Source of the DNA: Squalus acanthias
Taxonomy: Eukaryota
Direction of reading: 5' to 3'
Length of the DNA: 64,000 nt
NCBI GenBank assembly: GCA_030390025.1
Contig: CM059432.1
Location: forward strand, 99,264,001-99,328,000
The translations under genes and the position numbers were made by a program. The notes beneath the pieces were generated by a model. The model was not told the DNA's origin and did no database searches. It saw only the letters and a program-made list of their open reading frames with translations. The stretch's first letter is position 1. Each line of letters opens with the position of its first letter. Of this stretch, positions 1-10,270 are shown piece by piece.

Positions 1-1439
1 ATGAAAGTGGACTAGGAAGAGAATTTACTGATACCTGGACGATTTCCCCCAGGTGTGCAAACATAATACAAATCCTATCAGTGTATGAAAATACCAGGGG
101 ACAAGTAACCCATAGTTACCGGGAATGTTAGAGGGTCAAATTCATTCTTTGCAGGTTGAGGAAATCAATAGTGCAGCAGGCAAGAATCCTGACTTGTTTT
201 TTGGTCGTCTCTCTTCAAATACTATGATGTTTGGAACACTGACTGCAAATCACAAACCATGTCACTACAAAAACCAACACAGTAGAGATCACACGAAATA
301 TAGAGTTACGTTCTTCCATTTACATCAAAGCACCAATTTTAATTCAGTGTTTTTCTCAAATATGTCAGTTTAGGTTTACTTCAGTATTTTGCTAAGGAAT
401 GTTTTGAGGGTAAGGCTATTCACTTAATGCTTGTCTGGATTGATGTTGAGCAAACTCTTGTCAAGCCATAAATTTGGATCTACTCAGCTGTCTGTTTATC
501 TTTATCATTATGCATGTTTATGAATTTATTTGCCATTTCATTCTTGCCTTGAGTACTTTAGTGCTATATTTCCACACAGCATTTAAGATAAGAAAAAGAT
601 AGAACCTCTATTCATCATATATAATTTGTACCTAGAATGTACCAAGAAACTTTCTTTGAACATATGGGGCAAATGTTCCTCTTTAGCTCTTGGACATAAA
701 GTATCACATGGGTGGGGCACATAGAGGAAAATGAGTTGCTGGGGGGATTGTGCACCTAGCATCCAGGCTGCCTGATTTTCCAACCATTCATTTAATTGGG
801 CAGATAAATGAGTGCTTCATTCTGGACATATGATCCTCCATGCACGATGTTCCTATATGCGCTCCAGCAATGTGGGGGTAGACATTCGTCTTGGGTGGTA
901 GTAGCGCAAAACAGGCATTATCACATCGGTCACCTGTTATACGCGTCACTCAATATTCAGTTCCAATGGCGGCCAAGACAATATCACCCGTTTTACACTA
1001 CTATGCAAGACATATTTCAACCCTATGATGTTTTATACCCGAATGCTAACAAAGAAAATCTGTCCTATATAGGGGCAAATAGATTATGGGAGCAAAATAA
1101 CAGAGCAAAGTTGAAAACAATAATGTTGGTACATTTAAGGTTGTTAAGCTTGTTTGTCAGGATTTTGTTTGCACAACAAACCTTTTTCAGTTCATTGAAA
1201 CAAAAAATTGTAGGATGTTCCATTCCTCGTGTTTGACAGCTGTCAGTTGAAATTACAAGTGTTCCGGATAGTTGAAACTGTTGTCAACTTCATTGCCTGG
1301 CCAATAATTTAGCCCCTCTATTTTAGAAACTGCCCGGGATCAATAGAATGATAAATGTAGCAGGCTCTGGAATGGGCAGGTGATTTGCTTTGCCAGATTA
1401 CTAGCCAGGCAGTGAAGGTGAAAGTTAATCCCAAGCAGA

Positions 1440-1790
1440 ATAAGAGAAGTTAAGAGGGAATGAGAGGCAGGAAAAGGTTGAATAGGAGTAAGAGGGAAAG
1501 AGAGGAAGGGGAAGGGGCAATGAAAGAAACAGAAACAGAGTGAAGAGATAGGAAAGGAGAGAAAAGAAGAAACATGAAGGAAAGAGGTAATGAAAAAGAG
1601 AATGAAGGTGAGGGAGAGAGTGAGCGAGGAAAGATGAAAGAAACAGGGACTAAAGGAATGGTAAAAGAGAAAGGAAATGACAGAGGTAATGAGAAAAATT
1701 ATGAGAAATTGAAGGAATGTGAGAAAGAGAGAGAGAGAATGATAGGACGAGAAGCAATGAGAAAAGGAATGGAAGACAGGAAGGTTTGTG
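1440..1790. repeat. Purine-rich (GA) low-complexity tract
   Basis: Mostly G/A on + strand; ORFs over it are compositional artefacts. A similar tract resumes at ~6410-6585. Confidence 0.8.
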
Positions 1791-1817
1791 GCAGATACCA
1801 GTAACAAAAACAACTTG

Positions 1818-2046
1818 TGATATAAGAAAACTACTAGGCACTTGGTCTAAGCGTTAAACAAAGCATTAATCAACTGTTTTTCAACATGGCGATCTACGTG
1901 TGTCCTTCACTAGTTCCTGTTAAGGAATGTCCTGAGCAAGCTGTGCCCATGCCCGAGTATTTATACTCTCCCTGGACAGCGCCACCAGCAGGCCGCCCAG
2001 TATTACTTCATAAGTCATTACCACATGAATGACAAGATTCATGTCA
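1818..2046 (-). repeat. 3' LTR of Gypsy element
   Basis: Direct repeat of 4477-4704; TATAAATA on minus strand. Confidence 0.93.
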
Positions 2047-2119
2047 TTCTTCCCGCCTGAAAGATTGGAAGTCCGGCGGCTTCCTTCTACCGAATTAGCC
2101 GGACTAAGAATAGACGCAG

Positions 2120-2794
2120 TCATTTGGATCTCCGTTGGAGGCCGGAAGGCACGTCTCCTCGGACCGTGTTTTGGTCCTTGGGTCGCTTGGTTCGTACCGG
2201 CGGGCTGGCAGAGTCCGTGTCGCCTTGCTCGACCTGAGGGGGACTGGGGAGATCGTGGCTCCGGGTGCGGGTCCCCACCGGCGCAGAGCTGGCTTCATCC
2301 TGCTCAGTAGCCGGTGATTGACTGGCGTCCTGGCTTCGGGTGGCCATCCCGCGGGGAGTGCTCTGTTCCCCGGGTTGATCCAGCGAAGTAGCTGGCAGAT
2401 CCCTTAATGTCCCGGGTAGGGCGTCATCCTCGGAGGAGCGCGGAGTATCAGCGTCGTTAATACGGATCTCTCTATCGATTGGGTCCGTGGGACCGGTTGG
2501 GCAGGGAGCCAGATCCCGAAATGAAACTGTGGACTCCCGGCCATCAGGGTACCGCACGTATGCGTATGTAGGATTGACATCCATTAGTTCTACCTCATCG
2601 ACGAGGGGATCACTCTTGGAGGATCGGACAAATCTTCGGAGCAGCACGGAGCCAGGAGCTGCCAACCATGATGGTAGGGATGTCCCATGAGTGGAGCGAT
2701 ACTGGAACCCGAAGAATCGTTCATGAGGAGTAATATTGGTGGATGTAGAAAGAAGAAACCTGATGGAATGCAACGCGTCAGGGAGCATGAACAT
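2120..2794 (-). pseudogene. Integrase C-terminal part plus low-complexity tail
   Basis: LPDALHSIR..TPHERFF..PSWL..PGSVLLRRFVR..NPTYAYVRYPDGRESTVSFRDLAP resembles Gypsy integrase C-termini; HHCC and most of the DDE core are absent. Confidence 0.8.
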
Positions 2795-3290
2795 GGCTCA
2801 ATGATACCGTCAGCTAGAAGGCGAGAGATCTCTGCCTCGATAAAGGATAGGTCATCTTGGCTGAAATGTCATGATTTAGTGGCTATGGGCTTATAACGGC
2901 GGGGGGGGGGGGGGGAAAGATTGGCAAACAAGGAGGGCTCATCAAGCGAAGCCGCCGAAAGTACACAAAATGGTACTTTGGAAATAGTAAGCTCCGGATT
3001 TGTTCCTCCAAACTCGAAAGTGAGTCTTTCGTGTTGTTTCTGGAAATCCTGTCCCAGGAGCACATCACTGCATAGGTTTTTGAGCACCCCGAGCCGGGTA
3101 GAGAAATAAGTGTGGCCATTGAGAATAAGGTCGACAAGACAAAAGCCGGGAGAGTTAGTGGTCAGTGTCGTCAGAGCCATTGCAATTTCCCTGTCCGACG
3201 GGTAAATACACAGTTTTAACTTACTGACAGCCTGCTCACTGGTGAAGCTGTGAGAGCTGCATGAGTCGATTAATGCACTCAAAATGTGTC
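2795..3290 (-). pseudogene. Aspartic protease and first residues of RT
   Basis: ALIDSCSSHSF (protease active-site-like) and DVLLGQDF, then KPIATKS*..EISRLLADGIIEP (RT N-terminus); the rest of RT/RNase H is missing. Confidence 0.8.
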
Positions 3291-3293
3291 CAT

Positions 3294-4376
3294 TTACCGA
3301 AACCTTTGTGGCTGGATGGGACAGGCTTTGGGGAAAAACAGCTGTGATGGGAGGAGGGGCAGTTTTATCCTTGACAGCTGTAACATTAGTAGTGGCTCTT
3401 GGAGGAGGAGCAGTTTTATAGATGACAGCTGTAACATTAGTAGTGGCTCTTGGAGAGGAGCAGTTTTATAGATGACAGCTGTAACATTAGTAGTGGCTCT
3501 TGGGGGAGGAGCAGTTTTATAGATGACAGCTGTAACATTAGTAGTGGCTCTTGGGGGAGGAGCAGTTTTATAGGGAGCAGCTGTAACCCTAGAAGAGGCT
3601 CTTGACTGATATACTTTCGAGAAGTGGCCTTTCTTACTGCAATGATTGCAGATTGCATTACGAGCAGGACAAAATTTCCTATAATGAAATGCACCTCCAC
3701 AGAAGAAACACTTCCTTTTAGATTGCCAAGATGCCGCTAGGGTAGGGTCATCATCAGCTAAGATAGAGTCGTCATCAGTGAGGGCTTCCGCCTGAGGCTT
3801 ATTGGAGGAATCACTAAAAGTGATAGCAGCAGTCCGTGCACGTGGTAAAAGATAGGCATTTGCGTTTTTTTTTGCCAAGTCCAGAGAATATGCCTGGTCA
3901 TAGGCAGCTTGTAACTCGAGGGTTTTATTCTCCAGCAGACGCTGGCATATGAAGGGAGACACAATTCCATTAATAAAAGAATCATGAATTAACTCCTCCT
4001 GGTACTGCTCAGCTGAGACAGCCTTGAGATTACAATCTTTGCTGAGCCTGCGAAGCTTTTGAAGGAATTCGTCAAGTGATACCCCGGGTTGTTGGCGAGT
4101 TGTGGCCAGTAGATGCTGAGCAAAAATTTCATTTGGGGCCTTAACATATAGTTGCTGTAGTATTCGGATAGCGGAGTCATAGTTTACACAGTCTTCGATA
4201 TAGTCAAACACATAAGGGGATACATAATTGGCAAGTATCTCTAACTTATCAGGAACATTCTCACCACGTGCCCTGAGGTAGTTGCTGAAGGTACAATACC
4301 AGTGTTTCCATACCTTAGCAGTTGTAGGTGAATTCGGGTCCAGGTCAAGATGGGTGGGTCAGAGTAGTTTCTCCAT
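3294..4376 (-). pseudogene. Gag with two zinc-knuckle motifs
   Basis: Starts MEKLL*PTHLDLDPNS..WKHW; TRQQPGVSLDEFLQKL; CFFCGGAFH..CPARNAICNHCSKKGH; stops and frameshifts. Confidence 0.85.
3373..3575. repeat. 51-bp coding minisatellite, ~4 copies
   Basis: Unit GACAGCTGTAACATTAGTAGTGGCTCTTGGGGGAGGAGCAGTTTTATAGAT (17 aa YKTAPPPRATTNVTAVI on minus strand); one copy is 50 bp. Confidence 0.92.
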
Positions 4377-4476
4377 GATGGATTGATTACTATATCTGGT
4401 TCCCTTCTACCATTTGAGTCGTAGCCGTCTGTTCCCAAAACTACTCAGAGCGTGGAGCAGGTCCAGTTGATTAAAT

Positions 4477-4704
4477 TGACGTAAGAAAACTACTAGGCAC
4501 TTGGTCTAAGCGTTAAAAAAGCTTTAATCAACTGTTTTTCAACATGGAGATCTAGTTGTGTCCTTCACTCGTTCCTGTTAAGGAATGTCCTGAGCAAGCT
4601 GGGCCCATGCCCGAGTATTTATACTTTCCCTGGACAGCGCCACCAGCAGGCTGCCCAGTATTACTTCATAAGTAATTTCCACATGAATGACAAGATTCAT
4701 GTCA
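4477..4704 (-). repeat. 5' LTR of Gypsy element
   Basis: Direct repeat of 1818-2046; minus-strand TATAAATA (~4617-4624) and ATTAAA (4523-4528). Confidence 0.93.
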
Positions 4705-6405
4705 ACTTGCATTTATATAGCGCCTTTAACGTAGTAAAATGTCCCAAGGCACTTAACAAGAGTGTTATCAATAAAAAATGTTGGCACCAAGCCACAGAAG
4801 GAGATATCAGGACAGGTGCCCAAAAGCTTGGTCAAAGAGGTAGGTTTTAAAGAACATCTTAAAGGATGAGAGAGTGGTAAAGAGGTGGAGAGGTTTAGGA
4901 AGGGAATTCCAGAGCTGAGGGCCAACTCAGCTGAAAGCACGTCTGCCAATGGTGGAGCGATTAAAATCGGAGGTGCGCAAGATGCCAGAATTGGAGGAGT
5001 GCAGAGATCTCGAAGGCTTGTAGGGCTGGAAGAGATTACAGAGGTAGAGAGGGGCAGGCCATGGAAGGACTCGAAAACAAGGATGAGGATTTTAAAATTA
5101 AGGTGTTGTTGGATCGGAAGCCAGTGTAGTTCAGCAAGCACAGGGGTGATGGGTGAGCAAGACTTAGTGTAAGTTAAGATACGGGCAGCAGAGTTTTGGA
5201 TGAGCACAAGTTTATGTAGGATAGAAGCAGGGAGTCAGGGCAGGACAGCATTGGAATAGTCAGGTCTAGAGGTAACAAAGGCAAGGGTGAGGGTTTCAGC
5301 AGCAGAGGAGCTTCAGCAGGTATGGAGTTGATCGATTTTACAGAGGTGGAAGTAGGCGGTCTTAGGAGCAGATATGTGGCAGGAAGCTCATCTCTGGGTC
5401 AAACACAATACCAAGGTTGCAAACAGTCTGGCTCAGCTTCAGACAGTTGCCAGGGATGGAAACGGTGGCCAAGGAACAGAGTTTGTGGTGGGGGGACCAA
5501 AGATCATGGCTGGAATTTTCAGAGATAAGAACAGGTGGGTTGGAGGCGTGGGGGAAGTGAAAGTTGAAAAAATGTGAACCCTGACCCCAACCCGCCTCCA
5601 ATCCGCCCACTTTCACCTTTCACTCAGGAGGGACGGGGGGCGGGCAGCCAATCTGCTGCCAAGAGTTGGGTTGGCAATTTACACATTATAATGAGGCCTG
5701 AAGCCTCTACTTTAACCTGCTCTGCAGGTTTTACTGCAGGCGGCCGGGGATCCTGGGGCTCGGGATTCTGGTGACTGCAACAAGGCGGCCTCAGCCTCAG
5801 GGAGCAATCGTGCAGAGGGGACCCGGCAAAATCCAGCCCAATGGCTTCAATCTTCCCAATATTTAGTTGGAGGAAATTTCTGCTCATCCAATACTGGATG
5901 TCGGACAAGCAGTGTGACTAATCAGAGACAGTGGAGGGGTCAAGGGAGGTGGTGATGAGATAGAGTTGAGTGTCGTCAGCGTACATGTGGAACCTGATGT
6001 TGTGTTTTTGGATGATGTCGCTGAGGGGCAGCATGTAAATGAGAAATAGGAGAGGGCCAAGGATAGATCCTTGGGGGTCTCTAAAGGTAACAGTGCTTGA
6101 GTGGGAAGAGAAGCCATTGCAGGTGATTCTCTGGCTACGACTGGATAGATAAGAATGGAACCAGGCGAGTGCAAATCACCCAGCTGGATGATGGTGGAGA
6201 GGTGATGGAGGAGGATGGTATGGTCAATGGTGTCGACAGATCAAGAAGGACGAGGAGGTATAGTTTACCATTGTCCCAGTCACATAGAATGTCATTTGTG
6301 ACTTTGATGAGAGCCGTTTCGGTACTGTGCAGAAACCTGATTGGAGGGATTCAAACATAATGTTCTGGGCATGGATTTGGGAGGTGACAACACGTTCAAG
6401 GACTA
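4705..6405 (-). mobile_element. L2-clade LINE, 5'-truncated, degraded
   Basis: IQNSAARILT..PITPVLAELHWLP..FKILIL and WMSRNFLQLN..K.E are L2 RT C-terminal motifs; the 3' tail (aacaacttgcatttatatagcgccttt) is split by the Gypsy insertion. Confidence 0.85.
5508..5839. mobile_element. Harbinger-type MITE inserted in L2
   Basis: Ends GGCTGGAATTTT / AAAATCCAGCCC resemble the TIRs of the 8233 element; interrupts contiguous L2 sequence; flanks CAT/AAT. Confidence 0.75.
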
Positions 6406-6588
6406 CCGAAAGAGGAATTACAAAAGAGGCAAAGAGCGAGGGAATTGCAGAGGTAATGACAGGAATTATGAGAGACAGAAAGAATATGAGAAAGAAAGAA
6501 GGAAGAAAGATGAAGAATGAGGACAGAGGGGGAATTTAAAAAAGGGAATGAGAGAGTGAATAGGAATGAGGAAATGTAGAGAGAGTTA

Positions 6589-7434
6589 GGGAGTGATTTT
6601 GCCAGCCCTGGGGAGTCGGGTTTGGAGGCGGGACTGCCGGGAAAATGGCAGAATCTGGGGGCGGGTACCCATCCCGTCCCCAACCCGCCTCCGTGCCATC
6701 TTCCCAGGAGGCGGGTACCCGACCCGTGCCGAGTCCCGTCTCCTGGAGGCGGGAAGGGGATTACAGCCACTTAACTGCCTGTTAACAGGTAGTTAACAGG
6801 CAGTTAAGAGGATTATCCCCATTTTTCCAACAGAGGTGCGGGCCTCCCGACGTCGGGAAACCCCGCCAGGGTCAGCGAGGCGAGCAGTGGGTCTGCGGGG
6901 ATCGGACGGGTGCAAAAGTGCGCTGTGGAGGTAAGTGATGGGTGCAAGTGTGGAGAGGTAAGTATGTGAGGTGAGTGAAAAGTGAAAGAAAAAGTTTCCT
7001 TACCTTTGTTTCTTCCTGCAGGCTTCAATCGTTGGGGATCCGGAGGCTCTGGCATCTCCACGGCAGAGATGACAGAATGGCTGCTGCATTCTCCGATGCA
7101 ACAGCCATCGGCTTTCTGCTCTGGAAATAGGTTTAGTGAGTCTTGAATATAAGAACTCACCAAGCAACAGAGAATGTCAGTGTTTGACAGCTTCTCAAAG
7201 CTGTCAAACGATGACAATTCATCTGTCAAAAATCTTTGACAGATGAAACGTCATACGCTGACTTTCTCTGTAACTGGCTTCCCCTTAATTGGCCTGCTAA
7301 GCCCGCTAGGCGAGCTTAACAAGGTCAATCAAGGGAAAATAGCGTGGGTTGGCCACAAGTTGATGGAGGCGGGGCTAAAACCCGACAAGCAGCAGTCCCG
7401 CCTCCAACGCGCTCCCATTGGCAAAATCACCCCC
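6589..7434. mobile_element. Harbinger-type MITE
   Basis: TIR GGGAGTGATTTTGCCA / TGGCAAAATCACCCCC, TSD TTA on both sides, internal palindromes. Confidence 0.85.
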
Positions 7435-7726
7435 TTAATGACAGAATACAATCCAGATTTGAAATACATAGCTGGAAACAAAGGGTAGATTTGCAACTTG
7501 TATACCGGGTGTAAAACTGGTGTTGCAGTCAGATGCCTGTTACAGAAACTGGCCCATGGAAATGAAAATCGGGTGTTTTTTATAATGGGCAGCAAGTTAA
7601 AGATTTACCCCAAAGTATGCCAAAAATGGACTAAGTTTCAAAATGTTTTGCATGCTGTACTTGCAGTTGTACTAAGAATACACTGGTATATGTGGCTCTT
7701 TGTTGCTGTACAGCTTCTTATTCCAG

Positions 7727-7881
7727 CTCTTGGGCTTTGAAAGGTTGGCCGCTCCTGCTTTATTAGGAACAACAGAGAAAGTATCACTGTGCACTGAAGC
7801 GGAGTTTGCACAGCAGCTAAGTAGCTGCAGCCTGGAAGATCAAAAGAAAGGGTGCATCAATAGATTATATAGACCCTCTGG
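7727..7881 (+). other. Candidate host exon (unidentified gene)
   Basis: Acceptor cttcttattccag, donor GG|gtaagc; only one frame is open (LLGFERLAAPALLGTTEKVSLCTEAEFAQQLSSCSLEDQKKGCINRLYRPSG); AT-rich non-repetitive flanks. Confidence 0.4.
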
Positions 7882-8762
7882 GTAAGCTACTTTGGATTTG
7901 CTTGTACATAGCAAACAAAATAATCTTCTTGGAATACAAAAATTCTTTTATTTGAAATTGTGGAAATGCATAGATTGTTATTATAATGAGCAGTTCAAAG
8001 GATACAAAGAATAAATTGGTGATATAAGACTTTCATATTCACTCGGATTTGAGAGGATTCATATATAGTAACAAAAGACCTATGGTTGCTGAAAGCTTTG
8101 ATATAAGTAATTAATTTGAATCATTACTTCTGTCCTGACATTAGTGACCTCCATTATCTATTATTTAATAAAGGATTCACTTTTCCTTAAGTACATTTCC
8201 ATTCGACTATTCAAATAAAGGACAAAGTTAGTGGGCTGGATTTTCAATGACCCGTGGAGTCGGGTTTGGAGGCGTGTGGGGGGTTAAAATAGCGAAAAGT
8301 GGCGGGCGGACCTGATCCCGACTCCATTCCGCCTCCACGCAATTTTGACAAAATCGGTTGCGGGGTTCCCGACTCCGTCCTGCCTCCAAGAGGCGGGAGA
8401 GGCCATTAAAGCCCTTAACAATCCCTAAATTGGCTCTGTAATGCCATTTTGAAGCATTTTAGGTAGTTTAACCCTTTTCCCACGTGAAGCACGCCTGATG
8501 TGAAACACGCCAGTGAAACCTGGCGGGAGCACAAGTGGATTGCTGACTCTCAGCTGCAGCTCAACCTTTAAATAGGAGATTTGATCAGCCATCAATTGCA
8601 GGTGGCAGGACTTTGTTGTCACAGGTCTGGGGGAACTTTTAGAAGGCATAACCACAGGTCTGGAAGTTTGGAGCCTGACACCCATCTGCAGTGTGACCTC
8701 CTGGGAACACCCTCTCGCCACCCTCATTGAGGGCATCCTCAACTGAGACATATACCAGAGGC

Positions 8763-10013
8763 ATGGGAGCCATTTATTTCCTTCCCTCCTGGATATCCGA
8801 TGAGGACGAACAACAGCCGCGGCACCAGCAGAACCATGAACAACAGCAGCACCAACAGCAGCAGCAACAGCAGGAGTGCCAAACTGCTGCTCACCCACCT
8901 GAAGCTGCACAGGACAGAAGGGCCCAGCGCATGGAAGGCCGTCGGCGCAGGAGATACCGCCCAAACAGGGTCTACAGACAGAGGGTGAGCTACCTCAACA
9001 TGTCTGAGCAGCAGTGCCAAAGGCAGCTCCGACTTTTGCGAGAGGTAGTGGGTGACATCTGCGCAATGCTGCAACAAGACCTGGAGCCCAGAGGACCAGG
9101 TGGACGCCCCTTACCAGTGGCTGTCAAAGTCACCACCGCACTCAACTTTTTTGCCTCAGGCTCATTCCAGGGATCAGCAGCAGACATCTGCGGCATCTCC
9201 CAGGCGGCTGCACACACCTGCATCACGCAGGTAACCGATGCCCTCTTTGCCATCGCGCACAATCACATCCATTTCACCAAGGATCGAGCAAGTGTCACGG
9301 CGTGTGCGGTTGGATTAGCTAATCTGGCAGGCTTTCCAAGGGTGCAGGGCGTCATTGACTGTACACATGTGGCCCTTAAGGCACCCCATCGCAATCCAGG
9401 TATTTTTGTCAACTGCAAGGGCTTCCACTCCCTCAACGTTCAGCTGGTGTGTGACCACAACAAGGAAGTTCTGCATGTTTGTGCCAAGTACCCTGGCAGT
9501 TGCCATGACTCCTTCATACTGCGCCAGTCTAGTGTGCCTCCACTATTCAGTCCGCCAGACCAACTTCACGGATGGCTACTTGGAGACAAGGGCTATCCCC
9601 TGAAGACATGGCTAATGACGCCGTTGAGGAGCCCATCCAACGCAGCTGAGGAGAGCTACAACTCCAGCCACATTTCCACCAGAGCCATAATCGAGCAAAC
9701 CATCGGTATGCTGAAGATGCGCTTCAGATGCCTGGATAGATCAGGTGGAGCCCTGCAATAATCAGCAGCCAGGGTCTCCAGAATCGTCGTGGTTTGCTGT
9801 GCACTTCACAACATGGCACAGCGTCGTGGCTTACAGATGCCGGAGGACCAAGTGGCTCCTCACATAGCCTCCTCAGATAAGGAGGAGGAGGAGGAGGAGG
9901 AGGAGAGAGAGAACGAACAACTTGCAGAGGCCCCTCAACCAGCGGCAGCATTATGCGAGACCATAGCTGCCCGGAATGCAAGGAACGCACTCATCTTGGC
10001 CAGATTTGCTTAG
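8763..10013 (+). pseudogene. Harbinger (HARBI1-like) DDE transposase, one premature stop
   Basis: [70 protein letters not shown]. ORFs 8727-9761 and 9789-10013 share a frame, broken only by TAA at 9759-9761. Confidence 0.93.
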
Positions 10014-10270
10014 CCTAGACAAGCAAGCACTTTTGCCTCGCAGCTTCTTACCAGAGCTACGACAATGGCCCAGACCCAGCGGATCCCTAACAATGTGACC
10101 ACCATACTGACAATTGCAAGTTATCCTAAGGCCTCATTGTGGAAGTCCCATTAGCGAAATGACAGACGCCACAACAGAAGCTGTAGCCATCAGAGTTTTT
10201 ATTTACACTTTACACCTGATGGCTTTTTCACATTAAACATCAAAATTCACCCAAGTGACTACCCTTGTGA

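Larger units (their letters stand above)
1818..4704 (-). mobile_element. Ty3/Gypsy LTR retrotransposon (Mag-like gag), internally deleted
   Basis: Two ~229-bp TG..CA direct repeats (1818-2046, 4477-4704; ~13 differences by eye), 5-bp TSD ACTTG (1813-1817, 4705-4709), polypurine tract AGGCGGGAAGAA (minus strand) next to the 3' LTR, and gag/protease/integrase remnants. Confidence 0.93.

Noticed and set aside
1..373. Possible exon(s) at window start (acceptor ~154, 82-aa ORF)
   Set aside because: No convincing donor, unrecognisable peptide, and context cut by the window edge.
797..1335. Possible ancient MITE (GGGCAG..CTGCCC ends) and 142-aa ORF
   Set aside because: Only 6 bp of terminal match, no TSD and no recognisable protein motif.
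1340..1841. Hydrophobic 157-aa ORF and charged antisense ORFs
   Set aside because: Translation of a GA-rich low-complexity tract; no domain motifs.
3373..3575. Regular repeats that could be taken for a CRISPR array (also 43357-43557)
   Set aside because: Head-to-tail units without unique spacers, inside retroelements in eukaryotic DNA; no cas genes.
8727..9761. Host HARBI1 gene
   Set aside because: Bounded by TIRs and a TSD, paired with ORF2, intronless and carrying a premature stop: a transposon copy.
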